A DNA stretch of 64,000 bases, taken from Eledone cirrhosa (Eukaryota). The translations under genes and the position numbers were made by a program. How positions within the stretch are numbered: position 1 is the stretch's first letter; every line of letters starts with the position of its first letter. The notes below the pieces were generated by a model. The model ran no database searches. It had not been told where the DNA came from and saw nothing but the letters and a program-made list of their open reading frames with translations. The stretch lies in contig OZ024742.1 in the NCBI GenBank assembly GCA_964016885.1, forward strand, positions 268,832,001-268,896,000, in the 5' to 3' direction. Positions 27,533 to 40,149 of this stretch are shown in pieces.

Positions 27533-27829
27533 TAGAGTAAATCATGTCCAGAGAATTATTTAATAATATGTATACACCATCTCTATTCCCAATCACAATA
27601 TTCAACCGCACAAAAAATCAATTAGACCAGGCTATAAGAATAACAGGCATCTATGAAGAAATGGTAAATAAATATACCATTGCGGCGTCTTCGCGCACAA
27701 CCGCTATAGAATATTTACCCAACATTTCAACAGCACGTGGAAATTAATTAAATATACGGTCAACCATACATGATTAGGTAAAAATTAATGTAAGAAATGC
27801 TTATATACATACCAGAATTAACTCACTAA

Positions 27830-27906
27830 ATCCCTAACCTCGGGTTTCGCTCACTTTTGAGATACCTTAATAGGAAATACTCGAGTGTTAGAGCTCGTCA
27901 GGGGAC
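27830..27906 (-). ncRNA. Type I hammerhead (stem III imperfect)
   Basis: GTCCC-CTGACGA-GCTC...GAGC-GAAA-CCCGAGGT-TA-GGGAT. Confidence 0.65.
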
Positions 27907-28497
27907 AAACTCGCTAGGACATATCATTTTCCGAAGTGGCCACCGCCAATCACGAATTCAAAATGGTTGAGAACTGTGACGGGGCAGTGGTCAAGTCAGG
28001 AAGGGTGTGATTGGTTGCTTACGGTGAGTGGGTTGGTTGCTAGCAAGTGCAGCCTAATATCGCCCACATTTTATCTCAAGCTTATGGGAGATTATTAAAT
28101 ATAAAAATATGTACACATACACCAATTAAACAAAGTCAGAGGTATAGATGTTTTTTGGCAACTTTTCACGTTGTGGCTCAATGAATAATTAATAAATTAA
28201 ACAATCAGAGCCAAATACTAGAGTTAAACATGTCCAGAGAATTATTTGATAATATATATACATCATCTCTATTCCCAATCAGCATAATTAACCACACAAA
28301 AAATCAATTAGACCAGGCTATAAGAATTAAAAGCATCTATGAAGAAATAGTAAATAAATATACCATTGCGGCGTCTTCGCAGACAAGGTCTAGAGAATAT
28401 TTACCCAACATTTCAACAGCACGTGGAAATTAAATATATATACGGCCAACCATACATAATTAGGTAAAAATTAATGTTAGAAATGCTTATATACATA

Positions 28498-28682
<185 letters not shown>

Positions 28683-28976
28683 AGTAAAGCATGCCCAGAG
28701 AATTATTTGATAATATATATACACCATCTCTACTCCCAATCACCATAATTAACCACACACAAAATCAATTAGACCAGGCTATAAGAATAACAGGCATCTA
28801 TGAAGAAACAGTAAATAAATACGCTATCGTGGCGTCTTCGCGTGCGACCGCTATAGAATATTTACCCAACATTTCAACAGCACGTGGAAATTAATTAAAT
28901 TTATGGTCAACCATACATAATTAGGTAAACATTAATGTTAGAAATGCTTATATACATACCAGGATTAAATCACTAA

Positions 28977-29054
28977 ATCCCGACCCTAGTGTTTTGCTCA
29001 CTTTTGAGATACCTTATTAAGGTTCATACTCGAGTTTGGAGCTCTTCAGGGGAT
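28977..29054 (-). ncRNA. Type I hammerhead, core mutated (GAAA to AAAA)
   Basis: ATCCC-CTGAAGA-GCTC...GAGC-AAAA-CACTAGGG-TC-GGGAT. Confidence 0.6.
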
Positions 29055-29506
29055 AAACTCGCTAGGACATATTATTTTCCGAAGTGGCCCCCGCCAAACA
29101 CGAATTCAAAATTGTTGAGAACTGTGACGTGACAGCTGTCAAGTCAGGAAGTGTGTGATTGGTTGCTTATGGCGAGTGGGTTGGTTGCTAGAAAGCGCAG
29201 CCCAATATCACCTAAATTTTTATCTCAAACTTATCGGAGATTATTAAATATAAATATTTACACATACACCAATTAAACAAAGTCACAGATATATATGTGT
29301 TTTGGCAACTTTTCACGATGTGGCTCAATGGAGAACTAATAAATTAATCAGAGCAAACAATCACACCCTTCCTGACTTGACCACTGCCACGTAAGCAACC
29401 AATCACACCCTTCCTGACTTGACCACTGCCACGTAACAGTTCTCAACCATTTTGAATCCGTCTTAGGCGGGGGCCACTTCGGAAAATAATATGGCCTAGC
29501 GAGTTT

Positions 29507-29585
29507 ATACCCTGAAGAGCTCCAAACTCGAGTATGAACCTTAAATAAGGTATCTCAAAAGTGAGCGAAACCCTAGGGTCGGGAT
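29507..29585 (+). ncRNA. Type I hammerhead, intact core, GUC site
   Basis: ATACC-CTGAAGA-GCTC...GAGC-GAAA-CCCTAGGG-TC-GGGAT. One mismatch in stem I. Confidence 0.8.
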
Positions 29586-30874
29586 TTAGTGATTTAATTC
29601 TGGTATGTATATAAGCATTTCTAACATTAATTTTTACCTAATTATGTATGGTTGACCGTATATTTAATTAATTTCCACGTGCTGTTCAAATGTTGGGTAA
29701 ATATTCTATAGCGGTTGCACGCGAAGACGCCACAAGAGCGTATTTATTTATATTAAAAGCATCTATGAAGAAATAGATAACATAGCTGTCATTGACAAGT
29801 TTGGCTGTGAGTTCTCTCTTCTATATATATCTATATATTCTACAGAAATTTGCACTCACTATAATAAACCCGCCTATTATTATAACAATATCTGCTCATT
29901 CTGCACTATGTGATTCTGGAAGCGGAGTTTCCTGTATACAGTTTTTCTCTATATGTAACGGGATAGCCATCACTATTTGTATTTACTGTGGTATAGTTGT
30001 ATGCGGTACGATGCATTGGTTGAACGCCAACTTGGACATACAGTGAATTTCACCTGGCACGTTGGATTGAGCGACCGAACCTGAGGATTTGGGGGGATGC
30101 CAGTTTCTGCGGACCTGGCATGTTTTCAATTTCCTCACATCTGTGCCGGCTGTATATGTACCATACATTTCTTTAACTCGTCGTACTTTCTTTTATTTTT
30201 TATTTTAGATTGTAGGTGTATATCCCAGAACGACTATGGTGATAAATCCCCTGGGTATAGGTTTTGGAAAAATAGTGTTATCTCACTTAACGTTCGGAAC
30301 TGGAACATATCGATGTGGTTCGTAGGGTGCGGATATGATAAGGAGAATCGACCTGTTACAAGGCGATATAATTAGAGCACACCATCCCTCATATGGACTA
30401 TCATACATGTAAGGCTGCACCACTGCTAACCAACTATTCTTTTCACAGACGCATGCTTGCAAACTTACTGTTTTGGCACTGCTTGTGCTTTAATGTATCT
30501 ATGCTTTGCTTTGTCTTATATTCTTTGGAGTTTCCGGGCTTTTTGTTCCTTTATTGTTTTGTATTTTTATATTTATCTCTTTTCTTATTCCTGTATTTTT
30601 GTACCTTTTTTATTATTTTTTTTTTATTTTCTTATTGTTTCTGATCATGCTGAGTACTACCCTCACCCAGCCCTTGCTACCCTCTTCCAACGTCTTTATC
30701 ATCTATTGCACCATTTAAGTGATACATTTTCGGTGTAATTTTTAAATTTTTAAGACATTTTATGACATTATGTGCACCATATAGCGCTGGCCTCGGGACC
30801 TCCCTGATGGTCCTTAAACCTTGTTCTGGTGACGCAGCTCGATGGAGCATACAACTACTGATATAGTCTTGTTT

Positions 30875-30925
30875 ATAGGCTCTGATAATTCCTGCCATGG
30901 TGTACGGATGAAACACTATTAGCTA
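30875..30925 (+). ncRNA. Degenerate hammerhead
   Basis: GGCT-CTGATAA-TTCC...GGAT-GAAA-CACTA-TT-AGCT. G8 is mutated. Confidence 0.4.
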
Positions 30926-31093
30926 ATAAAACAATGTATTTCTAAGCACTCTTTGGTTATTCCTATAACGATAACGGCTCTGTAGTATACTAGTTATCCT
31001 ATATTGAGCTAAAACCACAATCCCAAACCAAGGGCATATATCTGCACGTCTGGGCATATTGATATATTTGTCAACGAAACTATATAAATATAC

Positions 31094-31632
<539 letters not shown>

Positions 31633-31706
31633 CAACTCTTTAATATATATATATATTATATATATATATATAAATATGTATATGTATACATATATATATA
31701 TATATA

Positions 31707-31759
<53 letters not shown>

Positions 31760-31761
<2 letters not shown>

Positions 31762-33520
31762 TGTTTACGTATCGAGAGAGAGAGAAAAAGGGGAGGGGAG
31801 GTGATACATATAGTTATTTGCCAAGTAGCGTATGCCAAAGGTGCTCAATACTAGTGCCGGCAGTATTAAATATTCGAAGTGTTAATATTTTGTGGGCTAG
31901 AGAGTTAGCAGAGCGTAAGCACGCGGGAAAGTAAGAAATCGGAGAGTAGACCGTTTAAAACATGCTTATTTAAAACAGCACCTACGTACGTTTCGCCCAG
32001 TTGGGCTTCTCCAGGGCATAAATAATCAAAAGTGTTCCTTCAATTGCTCGGAAAGAGTGTTGGGGGTTTTAATCCACGTCAAGGTTCATTGCTCGCAAAA
32101 ATAGCTTGTTTTGATTTTGCAGCAGCTCAAGGGAGGTAACTCTGGCCGGTATTAGGGCAGTCTTTCCCGGACGAATTTTTTTATCCGCTACGAGATGAGG
32201 TAACAACCTTCCCATTGTCGATACGCATGTAATCAACGCTTATTTTGAGATTTTTTTTAGCCGCATCTGTTTGTCTGAGTCGATTGAGGCTGGGTCTGGC
32301 ATGCAAGGATAGTTTCCAGGGTGTTATTTTGCAGCGCCTGCCCGCTGGGTTGTTAAGACTTGTTTCAGGGAGATCCGGTGCACGGTTTTACACCTCATCC
32401 TTAACCCATCTGAAGAAGGATATTTTTAAGCGATGTGTACAACTTATCGCTGTTTCAGCTCTGCTGTTCATGAGCTCATGGAGTACATGTATGATGTGGT
32501 AGAGCTCCATGAGGCAAAGATTGTATTTGAAGTTGTACGGTGCAGCCCTGCCGACAATATCCCAGTGCGTGGAGAAGCTGATGTTTAAGTCGTTTAGTGA
32601 TGTGATGTAGTCCGCGAACGAAGTGGAGTGTCTTAGTTTTTTTATTTGTGAAAGAGTGGAGATGTGTTCGAAACCTAATTTTGAACGGGCCGGACATAGC
32701 CTCTATATAATGTTTAACGCTTTTGTGGCTAGTTATAGTGCATCTATATATAACCCTATCAGTCAAGCAGTGTTCTCTAAGGGGGCAGCGTCCTCTGTCG
32801 CGGCAGTTGCAATTTCTGTCGCGGTTCCGTCTATTTGCCACGGTAAGTCTATCATTATTGCTTCCTACGTTGTTACCCACGCTACCGCAGCAGTCGTTAA
32901 CACCATTACAACCCACAGCACGCGGGGTGGTGCGATTGTTATTCCGCACGTCATGTCCTGCATGTTCCCCAGTCGTTTCGCGGTTATGCTGGTTGCGTCT
33001 GCGGATGCCGTTGCCAACACTATTGGTTGCTGCCAGGGAGTTGTTAAGGCCGATATAGTTATTGTCAGGTGTAGGTGCGTCTGTGTCGAGGTGCTGGGTC
33101 TTGGTGATCTTACTGTGGTTCGTTGTTCCTATGATGTCTGCTAGGTTAGGAGTAGTAGAGAAGGATATTTTTTATATTGTTCCTATTAAGAATTTTTCTA
33201 TACCTATGGTTGGGCGGGAATTTCTTCACCAAGGCTTCGAAGAACATCCGGGGTATGTTGGAGGCCACAATCCGAGAGTAGGGGGATAGAACCATAGGAC
33301 GTTACGGTGGTGATTACGTGTCCTTGTACGTTTGCTACGGGTGGTTCCATCTAGGTGACCGTTCTTATGTGTGTTAATGCGCAGTCGCCCGTTCGGTGCC
33401 CCTTTCACTTTATGCTCGGGTACACCTTCATACCTCTTCCATATTTATGTACGGGAAGATGTTGGTTGGAAGGCGTTGGTAGTAGGCCGTCGCCTTTGTT
33501 GGTTTTGTAATAGGGGAATA
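31760..33520 (-). mobile_element. 5'-truncated Penelope-clade PLE (linker, GIY-YIG, pseudo-LTR)
   Basis: RNVLWFYPP; RKILNRNNIK.SFS.TPNL; CNCRDRGRCPLREHCLTDRVIYRC..HYIE..FKIRFRTHLHSF. HHR downstream. Confidence 0.88.
31980..32017 (-). ncRNA. Minimal PLE hammerhead, A6G variant
   Basis: GCC-CTGGAGA-AGCCC-AACT-GGGC-GAAA-CGTACG-TA-GGT. Confidence 0.6.
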
Positions 33521-33599
33521 GTGTGCATGTATGTATATATATACATACTACTGTACGTCTGTACACATATATGTATGTACGTATACATACTTATATTCA

Positions 33600-33642
<43 letters not shown>

Positions 33643-33655
33643 ATATATATATATA

Positions 33656-34164
33656 CAACTAATTAGTTTCTGAATGGGAATAAACATTGTTTCCGAATGG
33701 AACAACATGGAGAAATCCTTTCGTCATCAGGGAAGTCTATTCTCAGCTAAGTCCCCAGGCAATGCGTGGACACAGGGAACTTATACAAAAATAATTCAGT
33801 GGATGGAAAAAAGCAAAGCGTGGACTAAGTTCCAAGACATTGAAAAAAATCACTGCCTACTTGGTCGGTGGCAAATTCAAAAGAATCAATCACGTGACAT
33901 CGAGGTTAATCAGTGAGAAGTGGTGTGTTAATAAGACAGCAGCCGAACCAATACTATGAACTATAGCAGCAGTTTTGGCAAATTTCTGCTCAACAAAATA
34001 ATTTGGAGATAATTATAAAGAATTAGATATCTACCAACATATATATACAGATGCATACCTATGCCGGCAAATATATAGGTTTTGTGTTAGTAACTTTGTG
34101 GTTCAATGCAAGGGGATGCAGAACAATAATATGAAAGACGTAAAAGAAGAAAATTATAAAAATG

Positions 34165-34165
<1 letters not shown>
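33656..34165 (-). mobile_element. Circularly permuted copy of the 19998-20530 hammerhead element
   Basis: Begins with the TTTTACGTCTTT segment that ends the 20-kb copy and terminates at the HHR cleavage site. Confidence 0.8.
33657..33735 (-). ncRNA. Type I hammerhead truncated just after the cleavage triplet
   Basis: CTTCC-CTGATGA-CGAAAGG...CCCATTCA-GAAA-CTAATTAG-TT-G, then (TA)n. Confidence 0.7.
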
Positions 34166-34242
<77 letters not shown>

Positions 34243-34264
34243 ATATATATATATATATACATAT

Positions 34265-34779
34265 ACGTACATTACTCTTGGTTGAATCGGAGGTAACCAC
34301 AGTAAGTAAGGTACTCAATACGTTGCAGAGTATACAAGTTTTAATATAGATGAGATTCTATAGGACTAGAACCGTTTCATTCCTTAGAAAACATCAGGAA
34401 TCTGGGTATCAAAAAATAAATATGGTATTTATAGGTCTTTCAGGTGGTAGCAGAGGGTAGGGAGTGGGATGGGTAGAGGTCATTGGTTGATAGAAAAGGG
34501 AATTCATTAAAAGCTAATTCTTTAAAGCTATAGTTTATATTTAGAGTAACAAGGGCAGTAATTTGTTACTCTAAATATAAACTATAGCTTTAAAGAATTG
34601 GCTTTTAATGAATTCCCTTTTCTATCAACCAATGACCTCTACCCATCCCACTCCCTACCCTCTCCTACCACCTGAAGAGACCTATAAATAGCATATTTAT
34701 TTTTTGACACCCAGATTCCTGATGATTTCTAAAGAATGAAACAGTTCTAGTCCTGTAGAATCTCATCTATATTAAAACT
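34265..34779. repeat. Fold-back element (arms 34337-34552 / 34563-34779) with paired hammerheads
   Basis: ~215-bp arms. Minus HHR 34353-34403 has CTGATGT. Confidence 0.9.
34713..34763 (+). ncRNA. Type I hammerhead, intact core
   Basis: AGATTC-CTGATGA-TTTC-TAAA-GAAT-GAAA-CAG(ttctagtc)CTG-TA-GAATCT. Confidence 0.78.
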
Positions 34780-34792
34780 ATATATAAAATAT

Positions 34793-34876
<84 letters not shown>

Positions 34877-34920
34877 ATCATTTGGCAGTATCGCTAGAGG
34901 GTCAGACGCCATGTTATGAG

Positions 34921-36003
34921 CGCAGAAGTAAATATTTCAAAAAACGTTGCAACCGAAGGAGGACAGGAAGACGATACTTTGGTTCATGGAAACAATCCCT
35001 GGCATAGAGGGAACAAAAATCGAAGATAATAGTCATATTTTTGAGCGGTGCAAACAATTACACGCAAAGACAAAACAGCGTTTATGGTATAAATCAAGTA
35101 GTAGACTAATATTCTACTAGGTAGTTCGAGGAGACGTTCTCTGGCAATGAACGAAAAAAAACGAAGATAATACGTCATTATATGGATCGTTGAGAACAAT
35201 TGCGCGCAAATACATAACCACGTAAATGGTATAACTGAATTCGTAGAATAAAATTATTTTTAGGAAACCGAATGATTACCGACTTCAGGGTTAAGAATAA
35301 AGTAACTAAAATACAGAGGTAATTGATATTAAAATATATACATACACGCATCCATATACGTACATACAAAAGCATACGCGAAAACGCTCGCCATGGGTAT
35401 GCAATTACAAGCACGTACACAAAAAAACACGCACGAACACATACGATCGTTTACACCAATACACCAATACACCAAATACACATACATATACATAAAAATA
35501 TATATGAAATATATATTAAAATATATATATATATATGTGTGTGTGCGTGTATACATGTAATTAAATAAACGTATAAAAATATACACACATAAATGCGTAT
35601 ATAACGCGCGCTCACACATACCTACATGTAAATACACATATGTTCGCAGACGTACGTCAACCAAAACACGAAGTACACATATGCACACACCCTACATACG
35701 CCAAACTCACGTATACATATACACATAACCAAATGCACATGTACCAGTATATATAATATATGCGCCATAACATATACAAGCAAATATACGTACGAGAAAG
35801 TATACGTATCTTCACAAAAGATACAGGTAATATATACTTACCTATACAAATAAGTAATGGTGTAATTATTTTCTCCGCTCCAAATAAAGACATTATCTTC
35901 GTTGTTTTTTCGTTCTTTGCCATGGATCGTTTCCACAAAACAAAGTATCATCTTCCTGTCTTCCTTCGGTTGCAACTTCTTTTGGAAATATTTACTTCTG
36001 CGT
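34921..36003. repeat. Inverted repeat, diverged ~140-bp arms (34921-35062 / 35860-36003)
   Basis: GCAGAAGTAAATATTTC..GTTGCAACCGAAGGA..ACAGGAAGA and its reverse complement. Confidence 0.75.
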
Positions 36004-36179
36004 TCATAGATTGACTTTTTTAGTTTCAGAAGATCCCGTTAAGGGTGAAATCAGCGATCTTTTTCTTAAACTTTAATCTGTTATTTTAATAAAGATTTGC
36101 TCTATGGTTCATATATATTTGATATATATTTATCCTTATCGAGTTTTCTTTGGATTTTAGTCTTCAAATTTATTAATAT

Positions 36180-36207
<28 letters not shown>

Positions 36208-36210
<3 letters not shown>

Positions 36211-37936
36211 AGAACAAAAGATGGTTAAAAGAGTTCCATGTATTTTATTATGCGCATTTCAAAAACAAATATCATCATGCAATAATATTTGTGTTTTCAT
36301 CAGATAAAACAGGAAGACATGATATGAAGGTTAAAAAACACTTGTGGATAGTTCAGTTTTAAATCAACATATGAGAAGTAGTTTTAGATTGATGTGTGAT
36401 ATTGGGAAAAATATTTCATTTAGAGGGAGGGGGTGGAAAGGATGAAATAAAGAGGAGGAGATGAGAGTAAAAAGTGGAGAGGGAGGAGTATAATGAGGAA
36501 GGATGAGATAGGAGGAGAGATGGGTGATAGAGAGAGATAGCTTTTATAACTGAGAAAGATCTATTGTTTTACATAGAGAGGTTGAAAACCGTTGGAAGAT
36601 AATGTATAAATTAAAAGAATTTGAAAATTAACGAAGAGAAAAATAATGTAAAGTTAAGGTTTGTATATTGGCGGGTTTGATAATATGTGCGATGAAAAAG
36701 AAAATGTTAATATGTATTGAGAATAATATTTAAGGGTTTAATAATATGTGCGATGTTAAGAAAATGTTGATATGTATTATTAAAAGGAACAACAGGTTAT
36801 TTAAGTAAGGAAATATTGTGAGATGAGCATGAATGAGTTAGATGAAAGGGAGAAAAGAATAATGAATTGAGGCTGAATAATCTAACGTCAAAAAAATGTA
36901 TATGTTTACGAAGGATTTTTACAAGGTGATATAGAGTAAGAATGTATTGTATTATTTAATAATTGATTCTATGTTAGGCAAGAGTGAGAAAAGGTACAGA
37001 TTAGGGGTTAGACATTAAAAGAAGAAGAGAAGAAAGGGAAGTGATAAATAGGAGCGATGTAGAATGAGTAACAAGTATTATAGAATGTATAATAACCTTT
37101 GAATTAAGGTAGAAAGATGGGTATATTTTTAAAAGAAGTGTATATATATATATGTGTGCCTTTGAGAAAAAGATTCTAAATTGATAAAGAATTGAATATT
37201 AGCTGTATACTTTGTGAAATGTTTTATGGAATTTATGCAAGCAGATAGAAAACAAGTCAGTGCGTTTATTTATTATAGAATCTAAATTAGAAATAATGGT
37301 AAATTTTTCATTTTTTTCATTCATGCTCATCTCACAATATTTCCTTACTTAAATAACCTGTTGTTCCTTTTAATAATACATATCAACATTTTCTTAACAT
37401 CGCACATATTATTAAACCCTTAAATATTATTCTCAATACATATTAAAATGTTCTTTTTCAGCGCACATATTATCAAAACCCTCAATATACAAAACTTAAC
37501 TTTACATTATTTTTCTCTTCGTTAATTTTCAAATTCTTTTAATTTATACATTATCTTCCAACGGTTTTCAACCTCTCTATGTAAAACAATAGATCTTTCT
37601 CAGTTATAAAAGCTATCACCCATCTCTCCTCCTATCTCATCCTTCCTCATTATACTCCTCCCTCTCCACTTTTTACTCTCATCTCCTCCTCTTGTTTTCA
37701 TCCTTTCCACCCACCCCCCTCTAAATAAAATATTCTTCCCAATATCACACATCAATCTAAAACTACTTCTCATATGTTGATTTAAAACTGAACTATCCAC
37801 AAGTGTTTTTTAACCTTCATATCATGTCTTCCTGTTTTATCTGATGAAAACACAAATATTATTGCATGATGATATTTGTTTTTGAAATGCGCATGAACAA
37901 ATACATGGAACTCTTTTAACCATCTTTTGTTCTTAT
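36208..37936. repeat. Large fold-back, ~620-bp arms (36208-36836 / 37317-37936), hammerhead near each outer end
   Basis: Highly similar arms, 480-bp spacer. Plus HHR 37835-37900 has AUG at the cleavage site. Tail continues to 38028. Confidence 0.92.
36243..36309 (-). ncRNA. Type I hammerhead, intact core
   Basis: TTTTAT-CTGATGA-AAACACAAATATT...GATATTTGTTTTT-GAAA-TGCGCA-TA-ATAAAA. Confidence 0.78.
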
Positions 37937-40149
37937 ATATTATGTATACTCCAGTGCTACAAACTGTAGAGTGCTTCTTATCCGGTATCTGCATTTCTTT
38001 ATTGTACTACAATAAAACTCACCTCCTATATATATATATATATATCCATCTCAAATCTAACAAATCTGGAGTGAGCAGAGAGACAACATCTATGTCCATA
38101 AAAGAGGAATATCCATAAATTGCATGCAATGACTTGGCAGGATTCAATGAGTGGAAAGTAGCATCATATACAGAATCAACGCCACGTTCATCACGAAGAT
38201 GCCTTGCGTATTGTAAGTTTTTACAAGATGTTTTTAAATATATTTGCTCTATCCATAAAACAGGAAGTATAGCATGTTTTAAAATTGAACGTCTCGTTCT
38301 CTGATCTCTCATGTAATCATAGAACTGGAGCGAACTATCACACGGACTTTTTTCACGTCCCTGTAAAGTATTGACTAGCTAAGTGACAGTCTACATAATT
38401 TTGTCTGGAAAGTGTTACATCACACTCATACTAAACCGCCACAGCAATGTTCTAAATGAATTACCTGAGCATTACAATGTGCACATTGTTAATATATTTC
38501 GAATTTTCTAGGGCATTTAATAAACTTTATCAAGGATTGCTATGCAAGAAACTGTACAATCTCATTAGAGTTGGAAAGCTAGGTGAGTGGATGGAGGTTT
38601 TATGAGATATAAATGTGGAGTCTGTAGCAAGGTTAGACCACCCAATCTAAATATCAATAGTAATTGCCCATTGCTGTTTGCGGTGATTGTTACAGACGTC
38701 TTTAAATAATCACGATCTTTAGATATGCTAACGCATCACAGTAATTAGTTACCTTAATGTATGCATACAAGTTCACGAGCACGCATATTTATATATGCAT
38801 TTTCATTAAATATTTAGGTCAATTATTTGAAATGATGCAGAATACGCATCACTGCTTCAGCCTATATTACCTGGTACGTGTACCATCAGAGCGAGGATAT
38901 TACAGTGCTATATTTTCCTCTGGATATGAATACGCCACACCGACAAGGAAATCATTGTTACGTGTGTATGTTTCTCGGAAACATGTATTGTGAATTGCGC
39001 ATAAATAAATAAGAGTTGGCCAAAAGTTGTTTGGACACGTAACATCTGATGAAGTCTTAGGGGCACTTTGTATCATGCCTTGGGCAAGTAAACTTGGCGG
39101 AGCCCATTCCATCTCCATGTTTGTACACTACTGATTTCTTCTAGTTAAGAGAGAGTGAGAGAGAGAGATAGAGAGAGAGAGAGAGGGGGGGGGGAGTTAG
39201 ATAGATAGATAGATAGATAGCGAGGGAGTGAGAGAGAGTGGGAGTGTGTGTATTTGAGGGATGAAGTGAGAAATAGTTATTGAGGATTCATACTTTATTA
39301 ACAACCACGAAATTATGAAAATCGTAACTTAAATTGAGAGATAACCGGTAACGGAAACGAATGTCGCAATGCATACTGTCTGATGACTACTATTTCATCG
39401 CCTCGTAATAAAAATACCTACTTATAAAATGTTTCATATTAACACGAATTTGCAAGGGAAGGGGTAAACCTTTATATATTTGAGGTCGTTGGACTGGCAA
39501 AAAGGAAACAAAATAAAAATTCCCGACGCACACATTTTGAAACGCTATTTGCCTATTAATTTATGTAGCTTGGTTTAATAGGATTGCCCGTGAAGTTTTC
39601 TCGTTTTCGACAGAAATTGGGATACGAATCTCCAAGCAGAACCTGAGCGCTAATTTGAAACAGATAATAAGCTTCACCAATTTATGAATCATGCTCATAG
39701 TGTATCCTATAGTAATACCCAATAACAGTTGCTAGCTAAACACCGAACGGTAAAAGTTTTCAATATTAGTTTATATAAAACTAATAATCTATCCCGTTAA
39801 TGATAACCCGAAATATACAAAATTGTTATCATTCATACGGCAGAACTAACAACCTTACACACATTTATAACGAATCAATAAATCATATTATATTCCCAGA
39901 AAAAAAAAACTCCCATCCAAATATAAAATTTGTCATAATTCACCGACACTTTATTCGTTTTATTTCATCAACCATCATAGATGGTTGAAATCAATTAACA
40001 ATTTACGAATACACCACGAAGTTTATGTAATAATTAAACGTAAATACTAAGTAACTAAATTTAGTATGTATAATTTAATTCTACTGCACAATATTCATTT
40101 TTTTTAAATATTTATTGGTTTGCATGCCGTGTTAAAGCATCAATTATTA

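Noticed and set aside
36837-37316. GIY-YIG remnant in the fold-back spacer
   Set aside because: Only a faint C..SCLT pattern on the minus strand; not supportable.
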